A DNA stretch of 64,000 nt from Isurus oxyrinchus. Lineage: Eukaryota. The notes below the pieces were generated by a model. That model was given only the letters and a program-made list of their open reading frames with translations, did no database searches and was not told the origin of the DNA. This document shows, in pieces, positions 11,101 through 26,129 of this stretch. The stretch lies in contig JANJGN010000052.1 of the NCBI GenBank assembly GCA_026770705.1, positions 2,728,001-2,792,000 of the forward strand, in the 5' to 3' direction. The translations under genes and the position numbers were made by a program. Each line of letters starts with the position of its first letter. Positions within the stretch are counted from its first letter, which is position 1.

Positions 11101-14100
11101 CTCTGCTTCCTGCCTCAGCCAATATTGGATCCAACGTGCCACTTTGCCTTGGATCCCATGGGCTCTTACTTTCTTGGCCTCTCTGCCAAGAGGCACCTTA
11201 TCAAAAGCCTTCCTCAGCCCATGTCGACCACAACAAAGGCATTACTCTCATCAACACTCCTGGTTACCTCCTCAAAAGATTTGATCAGGTTTGTCAAACA
11301 TGACCTTCCCTTAACAAATCCAACTGAATATCCCAGATTAATCCTTGTCTCTCCCAGTGCAGATTCATTCTGTCCTTCAGAATTCTTACTAGTAACTTCC
11401 CCACCACCGAGGTTAGACTGACTGGCCTGTAATTTCCTGATCTATCCCTTCCTCCCTTTTTTAATAATGGGACAACATTAGCCATCCTCCAGTCCTCTGG
11501 CACCTCACCTGTGGCCAGAGAGGATTTGAAAATTACTGCCAGGGCCCCTGATATCTCTTCCCTTTCCTCCCTCAACAGCTTTGGATTCATCTCATCTGGG
11601 CTTGTGGATTTATCCACTTTTCAGGCCACTAAACCCACTAGTACCTCCTCTCTCTGTGTTAATTTCATCTCATATTTCACAGTCCTCCACCCTGATGTTA
11701 TACCTGCATCATCCTTTTCCATTGTGAAGACAGATGCAAAGTATTCATTGAGGACTGTACCCACGTCTTCCAGGTCCACACACACATCACCTCTATGGCC
11801 CCTAATCGGCCCCACTCTTTCCCGAGTTATTCTGCTGCTTTTTACATATTTAAAAAACCCCTCTGGGTTTTGCTTTATTCTACCCACCAGTGCTTTCTCA
11901 TGCACTCTCTTATCTTTCCTCATGTCCTTTTTCAGTTCCCCTCTGCACTATTTGTACTCCTCTAGGGACTCTGCTGTATTGAGCCCTCAGTATCTGCCAT
12001 AAGCTTCTTTTTTTTCTCAGTCCTAACCTTTATGTTCCTTGTCTTCCAGGGTTCTCCAGACTTGGTCTCCCTCTTTGTCTTTACAGGAAGATATCTGCTC
12101 TGTACTCTCGCTATTCCCTCCTTGAATGCCTCCCACTGCTCTGACACAGTTTTATCTGCAAAGAGCTTCTCCCAGTCCACTTGGGCCAAATCATATCTCA
12201 TCTTAGTAAAATTAGCCTTTCCCCAGTTTAGAATTTTTATTCCCAGCACAAACTTATCCTTCTCCATAACTGTCCTAAATCCAATTGAGTTACAGTCACC
12301 ATCTCCCCTACTGATACGCTTTCCAACTTCCCCGGCGCTTTTCCATATATTAGGTCCAGAACAAGGTCCCCTCCCTTGTTGAGCTTTCTATGCACAGACT
12401 AAAAATCTTCTCCTGGATGCAACTTCAGAATTTTTCTCCCTCCCTACCTTGCTCACTAAAGCTGTCCCAGTTAATATTTGGGTAGTTAAAATCCCTGAGT
12501 ATTACTGCTTTATTATTCTTACACATCTCTGAAATGTGATCACATGTTGGATTGTCCATCTCTCCCTGACTGTTTGTTGGTTTTATATCTTGAGTCTATG
12601 AGTTCACTGGTTGAGTAAACTCGAATTGCATTCCTTCATATACACTTGTTAGTTGATAAAAACAAAAAAACTGCGGATGCTGGAAATCCAAAACAAAAAC
12701 AGAATTACCTGGAAAAACTCAGCAGGTCTGGCAGCATCGGCGGAGAAGAAAAGTGTTGACGGTTCGAGTCCTCATGACCTCAGTTCTGTCGAAGGGTCAT
12801 GAGGACTCGAAACATCAACTCTTTTCTTCTCCCCCGATGCTGCCAGACCTGTTGAGTTATTCTTAGCTGATGCTCGCTATCAATAACCAAGAGAGACCGA
12901 CATTAGAACAAGCTGATTATTTATTGTAACAGAGGGCAGAGCACTAAATCCTTGCCTGCTCCCACAACCACCTCCAGCTCTGGACTTACAGTTAACCAGT
13001 GGCCCACACTGTCCAGTTATTGGTCAGTACTGTCACATGGTTTATCCACTTGTATTCTCTTAAAAGTACCTGGCACTCCACATTATCACAGGAGGCCTAT
13101 AGTACACACATAACAGCATGTTTGCCTCCTCAGCACTGACCCTTCTACAGTGCAGCACTCCCTCATTACTGTCTCTCTAATAGTGTAATGATCCCTCAGT
13201 AGTGCTCCTCCAACATTGCACTGGTCAATCAGAACTGATGCTCTGACTGTGCAGTTTTATCTCAGCAGTAACCCTCCTACAGTGCAGTGCTCCCACAGTA
13301 CTGTCCCTCCTACAGTGCAGCACTGACTGCACCCTCTGAGGACTGACCCTCTGACAGTGCAGCACTCCCTCAGTACTGAACCTCTGGCAGTGCAGCACTC
13401 CCTCAGTACTGACTCTCTGACAGTGCAGCACTCCCTCAGTACTGACCCTCTGACAGTGCAGCACGCCCTCAATACTGAACTGAAGTGTCTGCCAGGATTA
13501 CGGACTATGTGGTGAAAGAACCTACATTGACATCACACCTTTCACATTCTCAGTGTCTTTCAAAGTGCTTCACAGTCAGTGTAAGTTAACTGATCTGTAT
13601 TTGTTTTTAGACGCACCACGGAATCTCTCAATTACTTCTCTTGATATGATTAACGCTTCATCGATCAATATAATTGAGGGGAATTCTGCAGTGATAATCT
13701 GCTCTGTCGAGAGCTTCCCAGCTTCTAACCTGACGTGGCGACATCTTAATGTCCCAATGAACAGAACAAGTTCCAACAATGAGCTGTGGTTGGTGATTCC
13801 TCACGTTACATCCAGGGACACTGGAGACTATCAGTGTGTGGCAGAGAATGAACATGGAGCAGTGGAGGGGTTCATAACCATCACTGTGGAACGTGAGTTA
13901 CACAGACTTCAACATCTCTCTCAGATTCGAACACTACACAAACACCATCGAACATACACACCTAAATAGACACGTGCAGACACACATATATGACCACACA
14001 CAAAGACACACTCACACACAAACACTAACACTCACTCCCTCATGGGTTACCTGACCTCCCTCACTACCGCACTGGAGAGTTAGCCTGAATTCTGGGATTT

Positions 14101-17100
14101 GTGTTCCCATTCATATTTATGGAAGAATATGGAAATTACTATTACAGACACTCAGATGCTTAGAGGCTCTCACAGATACTCTCTGCGTCTCCAACTCTCT
14201 CTCTCCCTTTAAGAAGCTTCCTGAAACCTAACCCTTTGACGAATCACCAACCCAACTCCTCCTTATCTGATTCTGTGTGATTTTCTTTGTGTATCTGAGA
14301 GTAAGAGAGAGTTGGAGAGGTTTAGGAAGAGAATTCCTGCTGGTGAAAAGCTTACATAATGTTCTCACTATTTCCGTGCACATAATTCCCAGTATGTCCA
14401 AAGCCCCTGTTTATAATGATGACTGCCTATGTAAACGTCACGCTGTAGTTACAGCCTCTCACCAGTGGTGGCATTGTAGCCCTTAATCCTTGTGTTTCCC
14501 AGCTTTCCCAGCAACTCTACTTCCCAGTTTGCTACACAAGCTGTGAGTTCTTCGGAATTCAATTGTTTCTCAAACGGTGGATTTGATGTCATTTTATTGA
14601 AAACTTCCTCAGTGCCTCCCTGAAGGGTTTACACTCTCCGGGAAGCAGGAATAGGCTGGATGTTGGGGAGTTCATCTTTTCCCAGAGAGTAGTGATCCTC
14701 GGGAATGTGCTGTCAGTGGGTGTGGTCGTTGCTGTTTCTCTGTCACCTTCAAGAGGGATCTGGAGTGGTTACTGACTGGGGGAGAGATCATGGAAGCGGA
14801 GAATGATACAGCACAGGAGGAGGCCATTCAGCCCATTGTGCCTGTGCCAGGTCTTTCAATGTTCTATCCAATCAGATCCACTAACCACCACTCCACTTTG
14901 CCCCCATCTTCCTCCTTCAAGTGTTTATCCAATTTCCCTTTTGAAAGTTCTTATTGGATCTGCTTCCACCTCCCTTTCAGGCAGCACCTTCCAGATCACA
15001 ACAACTCGCTCTGTCAAAACAAATTCCCCATCCAGTTCGTCAATCTGTGTCCCTCTGGTTACCGACCCTCATGCCCCTTAAATACATCGATACTGTTCAC
15101 CTCAACCACTCCCTGTGGGAGCGAGTTCCACATTCTCCCCTCTCTCTGGGTAAAGATTGGAACTGTTTAGTAAGCGGGGGGTGTAAGTCCGTGGGGGAGT
15201 CCATCTCAATCCTGCCCGATTGAGCCAGTGAGCCAGTGTACAAACTCACACCAAGTCCCATTCACCCATCACCCCTGTGCTTACTGATACACACTGACCT
15301 CCTGTCTGACAGCAGAATTGGAGGAGAGCAGAGATCTCAGAGGTTTTTAGGGTTGGAGGAGGTTACAGTGATAGAGAGTGTAGAGGGGGGATGGTGGGGT
15401 AAGAAATCAATGATGAGAATTTGAAATTTGAGTCATTGCTGGACTGAGAGTTAGTGTAGGTCAGCCAGTGACAGGGCAGCGATCGGCTGAATAGAGAATC
15501 AGGGATAAAAACTGGGGGATGAAGTCTATCCTGATGTGAGGTCTCCGATAGCAATGACCTGAAATTTGTGTCCTTTGCTGCCTTTATTCAAAATTGCCCA
15601 TGAAGACAACACAGCAGCTCCTAGAATAGACAGGCTGTTCAGTGTCACACTTCCTGTCCATTCTCACCTTGCTAGATACTTCAATAAGGGAGCAAGATAA
15701 CTGACAGAGACAAGGGAGGCAAAGCTGTCTGTGTGTAGAACTGTCAAATATTCTGAGTTATCATGAGTGTCTCTGACCTGCTGCAGAGTTCAAATTTCAC
15801 AGAATCTGAGCACTTTGCAGCTCAGAGAGAGACCATTGACTCACTGCCTGAAAGGCCGGTGGAAGCAGATTCAACAGGAACTTTCAGAAGGGGAACTGGA
15901 TAAATACTTGAAGGTGACATTTTGCAGGGCTGTGGAGGAGAGAGCAGAGGTGAGAGTGGGACTAATTGGACAGATCTTTCAAAAGCCCAGCACAGGCTCG
16001 ATGGGCCAAATGGCTTCCTTTTGTTCCCGATCATTCTACAATCTGATAAATTAAGACCCACATCAATAACTCTTAAGGCTCCAGCTGCAGGGATGGATCT
16101 TTGAGAAGGACAGGGAACAAGAGGTTTCTGGTATCATTTTCAATTTTATTGACAATTACATAACAGTATAGATTTGTTGAATATTTGAGTGTCTAAAGAG
16201 TAGAGGTAATCTGCACTTACGCCCAGATCTTGTGTTGGTAACCTTGTCTGGAGGTGTCTTTAAATGCTCACAGTGATCTGTGGGATTGTCATTCTTGGAT
16301 GTTGTCCCTGGTTTCAATTGGCATTTTACCCTTGATGCAATTGGGGAGGCTTTAAACTAACATGGCAGGGGATGGGATCCAGAGAGGAGGTTCAGCAGAG
16401 GGAGATGCACAGCCAAAATTAGAAGAGAGAGCAAGTGAACCTGGAAGGCAGAGAAATTATTGGCCAGTTAAGGCACAAGATAGCGTGGCAAAGTTGGATT
16501 ATATTTACTTTAATGCAAGGAGTCTGACGAATAAAGCAGATGAGTTGAGGGCACAAATAACACATGGATGTATGATGTCATTGCTGTCACAGACATGGAT
16601 TAGAGAGGGGCAGGATTGGCCGCTCAATATTACAGGATACAGGGTCTTCTGGCAAGACAGGGAAGGAGGTAAAAGAGGAGGGGGTATTGCAAGATTGATC
16701 AAGGAATCAGTTATTGCAGTGAGGAGGGAAGACACCTTAGGGGGCTCCTCAAATGAAGCCATATGGGTAGAACCTAAAAACAAATAAGGAGCAATCAGCT
16801 TGCTGAGAGTGTTCTACAGGCCCAATGACACTCAGAGAAATAGAATTGCAGATACAAAGGCAAAATTCAGAGAAGTATAAAAATAATCGGGTTGTAATGG
16901 TGGGGCTTTTCACCTTCCCCAACAATAACTGGGTTAGTCATAGTGTGATAGTTTTAGAGGGGGCAGAATTGTTAAAATGCATCCAGGAGAGATTTTTAAG
17001 CCAGTACATAGAAAATCCTACAAGAGAGGGGTCGGTCCTGGAGTAAATTTTAAGGAATGTAACCAGGCAAGTTGTAGACGTATCAGTGGGGGAGCATTGT

Positions 17101-20100
17101 GCAGATAGTGATCATCATTCCATTAGATTCTAGGTTGTTATGGAAAAGAACAAGGATGGGCCAGAAATCTGAGTTCTCAATTGGTGGAAGGCTGATTTTA
17201 ATAAGATCAAATATGATTTGGCCAGAGTGGAACTGGGAGCAGCTACCTTTAGGGAAATCTGCGTCAGAGCAATGGGACTCATTCAGGAAGGAAGTGGGGA
17301 GAGTACAGGGCCAACATATTCCAGTAAAGGCAAATGGTGGGACCAACAAATCCAGGGAATCCTGGATGTCGAGAGATTTACAGGATTGGATAAAGAGAAA
17401 AAGGGAGGCTTATGGCAGATACCGAGGGCTCAAAACAGTGGAAGCCTTAGAAGAGTGCAGAATGTGTAGGGGGGACCTTAAAAAGAAAATTAGTAGAGCA
17501 AAAAGGGGGCATGAAGAAACATTAGCAGGAAAAATGAAGGAAAATCCAAAGTTATTTTACAAGTACATTAAGAGTAAGAGGATAACTAGGGAAAGATTAA
17601 GGCCCATTAAGGACCATATTGGTAGTTTGTGTGTGGAGCCGGAAGATGTAGGTAGGGTGCTAAATGAACACTTTGTGTCAGTGTTCACAAGTGAGAGGGG
17701 CAATGTGGGTTTGGAAATCAGGCAGAAGGACTGTGATATAGTTAAAGAAATTAGAATAGAAAGGAATGAGGTTCTAAGTGGTCTGGCAGTCTCAAACGTA
17801 GATATATCTGCAGGCCCGGATGAAATGTATCTCAGGCTGTTGAGTGAGGCAAGGGAGGAGATAGCAGGGGTGCTGGCAATAATTTTCAATACATCTCTGG
17901 CCAGAGGAGAGGTACCCGAGGACTGGAGGACAGCCAATGTGGTACCGTTATTCAAGAAGGGAGGAAGGGATAAACCAGGGAACAACAGGCCAGTCAGTCT
18001 AACCTCAGTGGTGGGGAAACTATTGGAAGCAATTCTGAGGGACAGAATTAATCTACACTTGGAGAGGCAGGGATTAATCAAGGACAAGCAGCATGGTTTT
18101 GTTAAAGGGAGGTCATGTCTGACCAGTTTGATTGAATTTTTTGAAGAGGTGACCAATTGTGTAGATGAGGGCAATGAATCTGACATCGTCAACTTGGACT
18201 TCAGCAAGGCTTTTGATAAGGTCCCGCATGGGAGACTGTAAACGAAAGTAAGAGCACATGGGATCCAAGGGAATTTGGCAAATTGGATCAAGAATTGGCT
18301 GAGTGCCAGGAAATAGAGGGTGATGGTCAAGGGGTGTTTTTGTGACTGGATGCCTGTGACCAGTGGGGTTCCACAGGGATCGGTGCTGGGTCCCTTGCTG
18401 TTTGTGGTATATATAAACGGTCTAAACTTGAATGTAGGAAGGTTGATCAGTGACTTTGCGGATGATATGGAAATTGATGGGGTGGTAAATAATGAGGAGG
18501 ATAGCCTTAGATTACAGGGGGATATAGACGGGCTGGTCAGATGGGCTGATCAGTGCCAAATGGAATTTAACCTGGATAAGTGTGAGGTGATGCACTTGGG
18601 CAGGATAAACAAGGCACAGGAATAGACAATGAATGGTAGGACCCTGGAAAGTAACAAGGATCAGAGTAACCTTGGTGTGCATGTCCACCGTTCCCTTAAA
18701 GTAGTGGGACAGGTGGATAAGGTGGTTAAGAAGGCATATGGAATACTTGCCTTTATTAGCCGAGAGATAGAATATAAGAGCAGGGAGGTTATGCTGGAAC
18801 TGTATAGAACACTGGTTAGGCCACAGCTAGAATATTGCGTGCAGTTCTGGAACCCGCATTATAGAAAGGATGTGATTGTCCAAGAGAGGGTGCAGAACCC
18901 ACTTGAAACAAATGCTATGTCTCCCTCCTCATCTGACCCCAGACGCTTGTTACACTGTGAGCCAACCAGTCTCACTGAACTGAGATATCCATATGAGGGT
19001 TTCCAATCTCCACTTTCCAAGAACACGCTTTGGAATCTTCTCCAACATGACACTTTCACTCAGACACCTTCCACAAGGGTCCATTTTCACTATTTCAAAC
19101 TCTCCTTCCCATGTTCCTGTCCCCTGGATCGCCACGTGCATTCAGCCTTCCTTCCACGCCCTGTCTCTCCAATGCTCAGCCGTGTCAATGGAACACCATG
19201 GCTTCACATGGCCGTAGTAATGAGTCACCAACCTGTGGTGTCTCCTAGGATCTTCTGGCTTCTCACAAGCCTATTTTGCTTTAGGCCTGTGTCCTGCTGC
19301 TTTCTCCCTTTATGTTTGGAGCCTTCTTCTGCTCCTCACTCTTAACTTCACTTAACAGGGCCTTTCCCAGATTTGACGAGAAGGTTTTCTTGGGCCCTTT
19401 CTCCTGTTCCACTCGATGGTTTTTGCTTCATCTTTACTTTGGGACTGACTATCTGTCCCGCTCCTTTGCTGCTTCTCCTGGCAACTCCTTTCAACAGAAC
19501 TGAAAGTACTTTTCTGTTTTTCTCGGTCTCTGTGGGTCCTTCCCTCTGCATCACTGTTACTAGGCAACAGAACAGTTTCGTCTACTTTCTGTTTGTTTTG
19601 ACTTCCAATCAAGAGTCATAAAACTCATTAGATATGTGGCTTCATTTGAAGTAAAACCAAAAGTCAAGTTCCCCCTTTTCTAAACACCCAAATACAGAAA
19701 TACAAACTCAACTTGAACTTAAAGATAGACCTTATGCCTAACACACACAAATACACAGAGAACTTCCTTAAGCCAACCCCAGTTCCTAAAAATCACATGA
19801 CACACTTCCCCTCGAGAGATGTCATGCTGCTGTCCCTGAAAGGCATATTACAACAGTGTTATCACTTGGCAGGTGATGTGTGCCAGGCAGACCAAGTCCA
19901 TGAGAGAAAGGTGGTCACATGATCGTAATGACTTTTGATGTTTTTATTTATTATGAGATGTGTGCACTGAATTCAGAAGCAATAAGTCCACAAAGATCTT
20001 CAGAGATTTAAAAAAATAAATTAAAATATTTATCATCAAAATAAAAGATTTCAAGCACATACATAAGACTACAATGACTGCTATAATAACTCCTAAAATT

Positions 20101-23100
20101 CCTAATTAACCTGACTCCCAGTTACACTCCCTTTAAGGCAACAGACCAAAAATAGATGTTAGATTTAAAACAAACTCAGCAAGTTAACACAATGCCCTGG
20201 ACAGTGGAATTCCAAATCGATTTTCCCCAACTTCAGTTCTGTTGGATAGCAGGCTTGTGCACAAACAGGGTCCTGAGGACCATGAGCCAATGTAGAATGA
20301 CCTTTCCAGTCCTGTGTCCAGGATTCTCCTCTATCCATTGTGAAACCTTGGGGAGTTCCATGTGTGTCCTGTAGATGGTCCACACTGCAGACACTGTGCC
20401 CCAGTGATGGAGGGGGTGGATATCGAGTCTAGTGGATCGACTAAACATCCAGAGTTAAATACTGATATTTCTCTCCCCAGTCGTATTGTCACAAGAGTGG
20501 AAAGGTGACACTCCACGAGGGGTGACAGCGCAGGAAGGTTTGTGTGTACAGATTCCGTGTCATTACAGTTATCTAGCAAGTGTGGTAGGGAGCGCATGTG
20601 TCGGAATCTGGTATGTGAAATGGTACACATGGAATACATGGTCTAGAGTGACCATAGCCTTTCACTCCAAGGATCACAGTCACGAGTTACCACGGTACCA
20701 CCATCGGACCCGGTTGTCTGGAGACCTGAATGATGGCGACTGTTCCCTGATTATAAACAACATCAGACGGGAAGATGCAGGATATTATTATTTCAGAATA
20801 GAATTTGACAATGGTCCGAGCCATAACTATTACCCTGTAACCCAGCTTCACGTTTCTGGTAAGTGCTGTGTTATAATTACTCAACAATTCACATCCAACA
20901 CTCAATGGGAAATAATAGTGTTTGATTTGCTTGTTTTTTGGCCATGTTAACCAGCGTCACTATTTTTAATGATTTGTCTATTTCTGCTCCCAGATCCATG
21001 AGCTTATTGTGTGTGATTGAATCCACATCATAGCTGTAACGTAAACCGAGCTGAGGGATGATGACACCTCCCCCCTGAGTGAAGTATCTCCTCCCCACTA
21101 TACCTTCCACCCCTCACACTGTCCGTGTAAAACCCCGTCCCATCTCCAGCCTCTCTTTCACCTCCAAAGTCCTAGAACGTGTTTCCATCTCCCGAATCCA
21201 TTCCCATCTTTCCCGGAACTCCATGTGTGAATCCCTCCAATCAGGTTCCCACCCCAGCCACTGTGCTGAAACAGCTCTTATCAAGGTCACAAATGGCATC
21301 CTGTGTGACTGTGACAAAGGTCAACTTTCCCTCCTCGTCCTTCTCGATCTGTCTGCAGCCTTTGACACGCTCGACCACACCATCCTCCTCCAACACCTCT
21401 CCACTGTCGTCCAGCTGGGTGGGACTGCTCTCCCCTGGCTCCATTCTTATCCATCACATCGTAGCCAGAGAATCACTTGCAATGGCTTTGCAGCATCATC
21501 TGAACAGTGTTAGTTTTCACCTGTCCACTGAGGATGCCCAGCTCTACCTCACCACCACCTCTCTCGACTCCTCCACTGCTGCTAACTTATCAGGCTGCTT
21601 ATCCGACATCCAGTACTGGATGGACAGAAATTCCCTCCAATTAAATATTGGAAAGACTGAAGCCATTGTCTTCATTCCCCGCTCCAAACTCTGTTCCCTC
21701 GCTACCAACTCCATTCCTCTCCCTGGCAGCTCTCTGAGATTGAAGCCAATCTGTTCACAGCTTTGTTGTCCCATTTGATCCTGAGATGAGCTTCCGGCCT
21801 CATATCTGCGCCCTCACTAACACCGTCTATTTCCACCTCCGTAACATCACACGACATCACCCTGTCTCAGCTCATCTGCTGCTGAAACCCTCATCCATGC
21901 CTTCATTACCTCCAGACTCGACTGTTCCAACACACGCTCTACACTCCATAAACTTGAGGCCATCCAAAACTGCTGACCACGTCCTTACTCACACCAAGTC
22001 CCATTCCCTCATCACCCGCTCTGCTCGATGACCGAGACTGGCTCCTGGTCAAGCAAAGTCTCAATGTCCAAATTTTCATCTTTGATTCCTCACTATCCCT
22101 GTAATCTCCTGTTCCACCTCCAGTATCTACAACCATCCCATTCTTTGTAACCTCTTCAAGCCTTTACCACTTCACTATATCTGTAAATTCATCCTGCCCA
22201 ACAAACCTACCAATCTCTGCAACCTCCTCCAGCCACTACAAACCTCCCTATTTCTGTAACTTCCTCCTGCCCCTAAAAGCTTCCCTATCTCTGTAGCCTG
22301 CTCCAGTCCTGACAACTTTCCCTGCCCCTGTAACCTGCCCCAGTCACTACAACCCTCCCTACCTCTGCAAACTCCTCCAGACCCTACACTCTCCCAATCT
22401 CTCTTAACTTTTTCAGCCCCTACAACCCTTCCTATCTCTGTAACCTCCTCCAGTCACTCCAATCCTCTGAGGTCTCTGCGCTCCTCCAATTCCAGCCTCT
22501 TGACCATCCCCCGATCCCATCACTCCAACATAGGCAGCTGTGCCTTCAGCCTTGAGTCTTATTTTTGAGGGAATGTACAACCTCCTTAGATTTCTGACCA
22601 AAATGTATTTTGATTATTTTTATTGAGCGAATGCCAAGCCCCGATACCGAGCGAGAGCCTCCTCATTTGCTGAGTTTAAGGTGATGGGTCAGCCCCTTAG
22701 TCTGTAGAGGGGATTCTCCTCGGTAATGTGCAGCCTTGTTTGTGTCTCTCCACAAGCGCATGAGGGGTTTGTACAGAGGCTGCAGCGCTGGAGGGGGTCT
22801 GCACAGGGGTCCTGGCCTGTCCTGAGCCGGTTTTAGCAAGGACCACTCTGGCCTTGGCAGCTGAAAGCCAGCCATTGGACAGACGGGGCCTGTCACAAGG
22901 AGCCTGTTAGTGACTCCCCACCGTGTCTCCTGTGCTCGGATCCAGACCATGTTGGCTGGTGGATCTGGCTCAGGAAGGGTCCTCCCCATGGGACCCCCAG
23001 ATGGAAGGTGGGTCGAGCGGGTCAGTCACTTGCATGTTTATTCTGCAGCTTTAATATTTTAAGATGGTAAGAATGTAGGAACATAAGAAATAGGAACAGG

Positions 23101-26093
23101 AGCAGGCCATTCGGCCCCTCCAGCCTGCTCTCACTGATCTGGTTGTGGCCTTAACTCCATTTTCCTGCCTGTCCCCCAAACCCTTGACTCCCTTGTCGAT
23201 CAAAAACCTGCCTCACTCAGCCTTGAATCTATTCAATGGCCCAGCTTCCACTGCTCTCTGGGGAAGAGAATTCCACAGGCTAGCGTCCCTCTGAGAGAGG
23301 AAATTCCTCCTCATCTCAGTCTTAAATGGGAGAGCACTCATTCCTAAACTGTGCTCCCTGGTTCTAGATTCCCCCACGAGGGGGAAACATCCTCCCAGCA
23401 TCCACCCTGTCAAGCCCCCTCGGAATCGGATATGTTTCAATAAGGTCACCCCTCATTCTTCTAAACTCCAATGGATACAGGCCCAACCTGCTCAACATTT
23501 CCTCACAGGACAAACCCTTTAATCCCAGGAATCAGCCCAGTGAACCTCCTCTGAACTGCCTTCAATGCAAGTCTATCCCTCCCTAAGTAAGGAGACCAGA
23601 ACTGTACACACTGCTCCTGATACAATCTCAACCTGTGCAGCTGTTGCAGGACTTCCCTCCTTTTATACTCCATCCCTTTGCAATAAAGGCCAACATTCCA
23701 CGTGCCTTCCTCATTCCGTGGTGTTCCTGAATGCTGACTTTCTGTGATTCATGTACAAGGACACCCAGATCCCTCTGTACTGCATTCCGCAGCCTGTATC
23801 CATTTAAATAATATCCTGTTTTTCTATTCTTCCTGCCAAAATAATTTGTTGTCATTCTCCTCAGTATTGACCATCCCCCCAATTCAGCCTCATCTGTAAA
23901 TATCGGGTTCAGTGGATCCACAAACCATCCAGAGTTAAATATTGAGATTTCTCTCCCCAGTTGGACTGTCACAAGAGTGGAAAGGTGACACTCCACGAGA
24001 GGTGACAGCGCAGGAAGGTTCGTGTGTACAGATTCCGTGTCATTACAGTTATCCATCGTGTCTGGAAAACCAAACGCGAGGTGGAGTCTGGTTTAATAAT
24101 GAGAAACAGATTCCCTGGGCTCCCATTGCCTTTCACTCCAAGGATCACAGTCACGAGTTACCACGGTTCCGCCATCGGACCCGGCTGTCTGGAGACCTGA
24201 AAGATGGTGACTGTTCCCTGATTATAAACAACATCAGACGGGAAGATGCAGGACCTTATTTTTTCAGAATAAAATTTGACAATGGTCCGAGCCATAACTA
24301 TTACCCTGTAACCCAGCTTCACGTTTCTGGTAAGTGCTGTGTTATAATTACTCAACAATTCACATTCAACACTCAATGGGAAATAACACAAACTGTGACG
24401 TTTACATATTAACACAAAACACAGCTTATTATAACACACTGTCTGATTCTCAATAACCTGGTGATAGCTTCCAGTTCAGTCCTAAAGCAACCTCTAATAC
24501 TCACTTTAATATCAATGATTAAATATATTGACTGTGTCCATCAATGTTATCAGGTTATCCACTCCCATCGATCTCTCTAATCCTTTCTCGAAGTCTGACA
24601 TATCGACAGAAGAAAGATTCACATTTCTATAGCGCCTTTCACCACCTCAGAACGTACCAAATCACTTCACAGTCAATGAGCTGATTCCTGAATTGTAGTT
24701 ACTGTTGTAATGTGAGAAACACAGCAGCCAATTTGCGCACAGCAAGCTCCCACAAATTGCAAAGTAATAAATGGCCCAGATCGCTGAGTGAATGATGGGG
24801 TAGCGCACTCCAAACTCTGGTCTGCTCCTCCACACTCACCCACTATTATCAGTTCAAGTTTTTTGGAGTGAACATGTATTAACATGTACGGACATCCTGC
24901 ATTGGCCATTATAGTCTACATGTTACACAGCAAAAACCCATAAACTACAGTTTGTTTAACAACAGATCATCTGCTTTTATTGATAAAAATTCACCTCTGA
25001 CATTGCAGAGCAACTTCCTACTGACCCCCCGACAGCANNNNNNNNNNNNNNNNNNNNNNNNNNNNNNNNNNNNNNNNNNNNNNNNNNNNNNNNNNNNNNN
25101 NNNNNNNNNNNNNNNNNNNNNNNNNNNNNNNNNNNNNNNNNNNNNNNNNNNNNNNNNNNNNNNNNNNNNNNNNNNNNNNNNNNNNNNNNNNNNNNNNNNN
25201 NNNNNNNNNNNNNNNNNNNNNNNNNNNNNNNNNNNNNNNNNNNNNNNNNNAGANNNNNNNNNNNNNNNNNNNNNNNNNNNNNNNNNNNNNNNNNNNNNNN
25301 NNNNNNNNNNNNNNNNNNNNNNNNNNNNNNNNNNNNNNNNNNNNNNNNNNNNNNNNNNNNNNNNNNNNNNNNNNNNNNNNNNNNNNNNNNNNNNNNNNNN
25401 NNNNNNNNNNNNNNNNNNNNNNNNNNNNNNNNNNNNNNNCTGACCCACACACACACTGACCCACACANNNNNNNNNNNNNNNNNNNNNNNNNNNNNNNNN
25501 NNNNNNNNNNNNNNNNNNNNNNNNNNNNNNNNNNNNNNNNNNNNNNNNNNNNNNNNNNNNNNNNNNNNNNNNNNNNNNNNNNNNNNNNNNNNNNNNNNNN
25601 NNNNNNNNNNNNNNNNNNNNNNNNNNNNNNNNNNNNNNNNNNNNNNNNNNNNNNNNNNNNNNNNNNNNNNNNNNNNNNNNNNNNNNNNNNNNNNNNNNNN
25701 NNNNNNNNNNNNNNNNNNNNNNNNNNNNNNNNNNNNNNNNNNNNNNNNNNNNNNNNNNNNNNNNNNNNNNNNNNNNNNNNNNNNNNNNNNNNNNNNNNNN
25801 NNNNNNNNNNNNNNNNNNNNNNNNNNNNNNNNNNNNNNNNNNNNNNNNNNNNNNNNNNNNNNNNNNNNNNNNNNNNNNNNNNNNNNNNNNNNNNNNNNNN
25901 NNNNNNNNNNNNNNNNNNNNNNNNNNNNNNNNNNNNNNNNNNNNNNNNNNNNNNNNNNNNNNNNNNNNNNNNNNNNNNNNNNNNNNNNNNNNNNNNNNNN
26001 NNNNNNNNNNNNNNNNNNNNNNNNNNNNNNNNNNNNNNNNNNNNNNNNNNNNNNNNNNNNNNNNNNNNNNNNNNNNNNNAAACACAGACGCGC

Positions 26094-26129
<36 letters not shown>

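Noticed and set aside
13893-13969. Secreted isoform by intron read-through (ERELHRL...TPK*)
   Set aside because: Good GTGAGT donor and no nearby AATAAA seen. Cannot be supported without transcripts.
14501-14542. Candidate leader or mini-exon for V2
   Set aside because: AG and GTGAGT are present, but there is no ATG and no similarity to the MIGKSYFLLSLLQ leader.
17099-18241. 380-aa ORF as a host gene or active retroelement
   Set aside because: Fragment of a CR1 ORF2 broken by stops and frameshifts.
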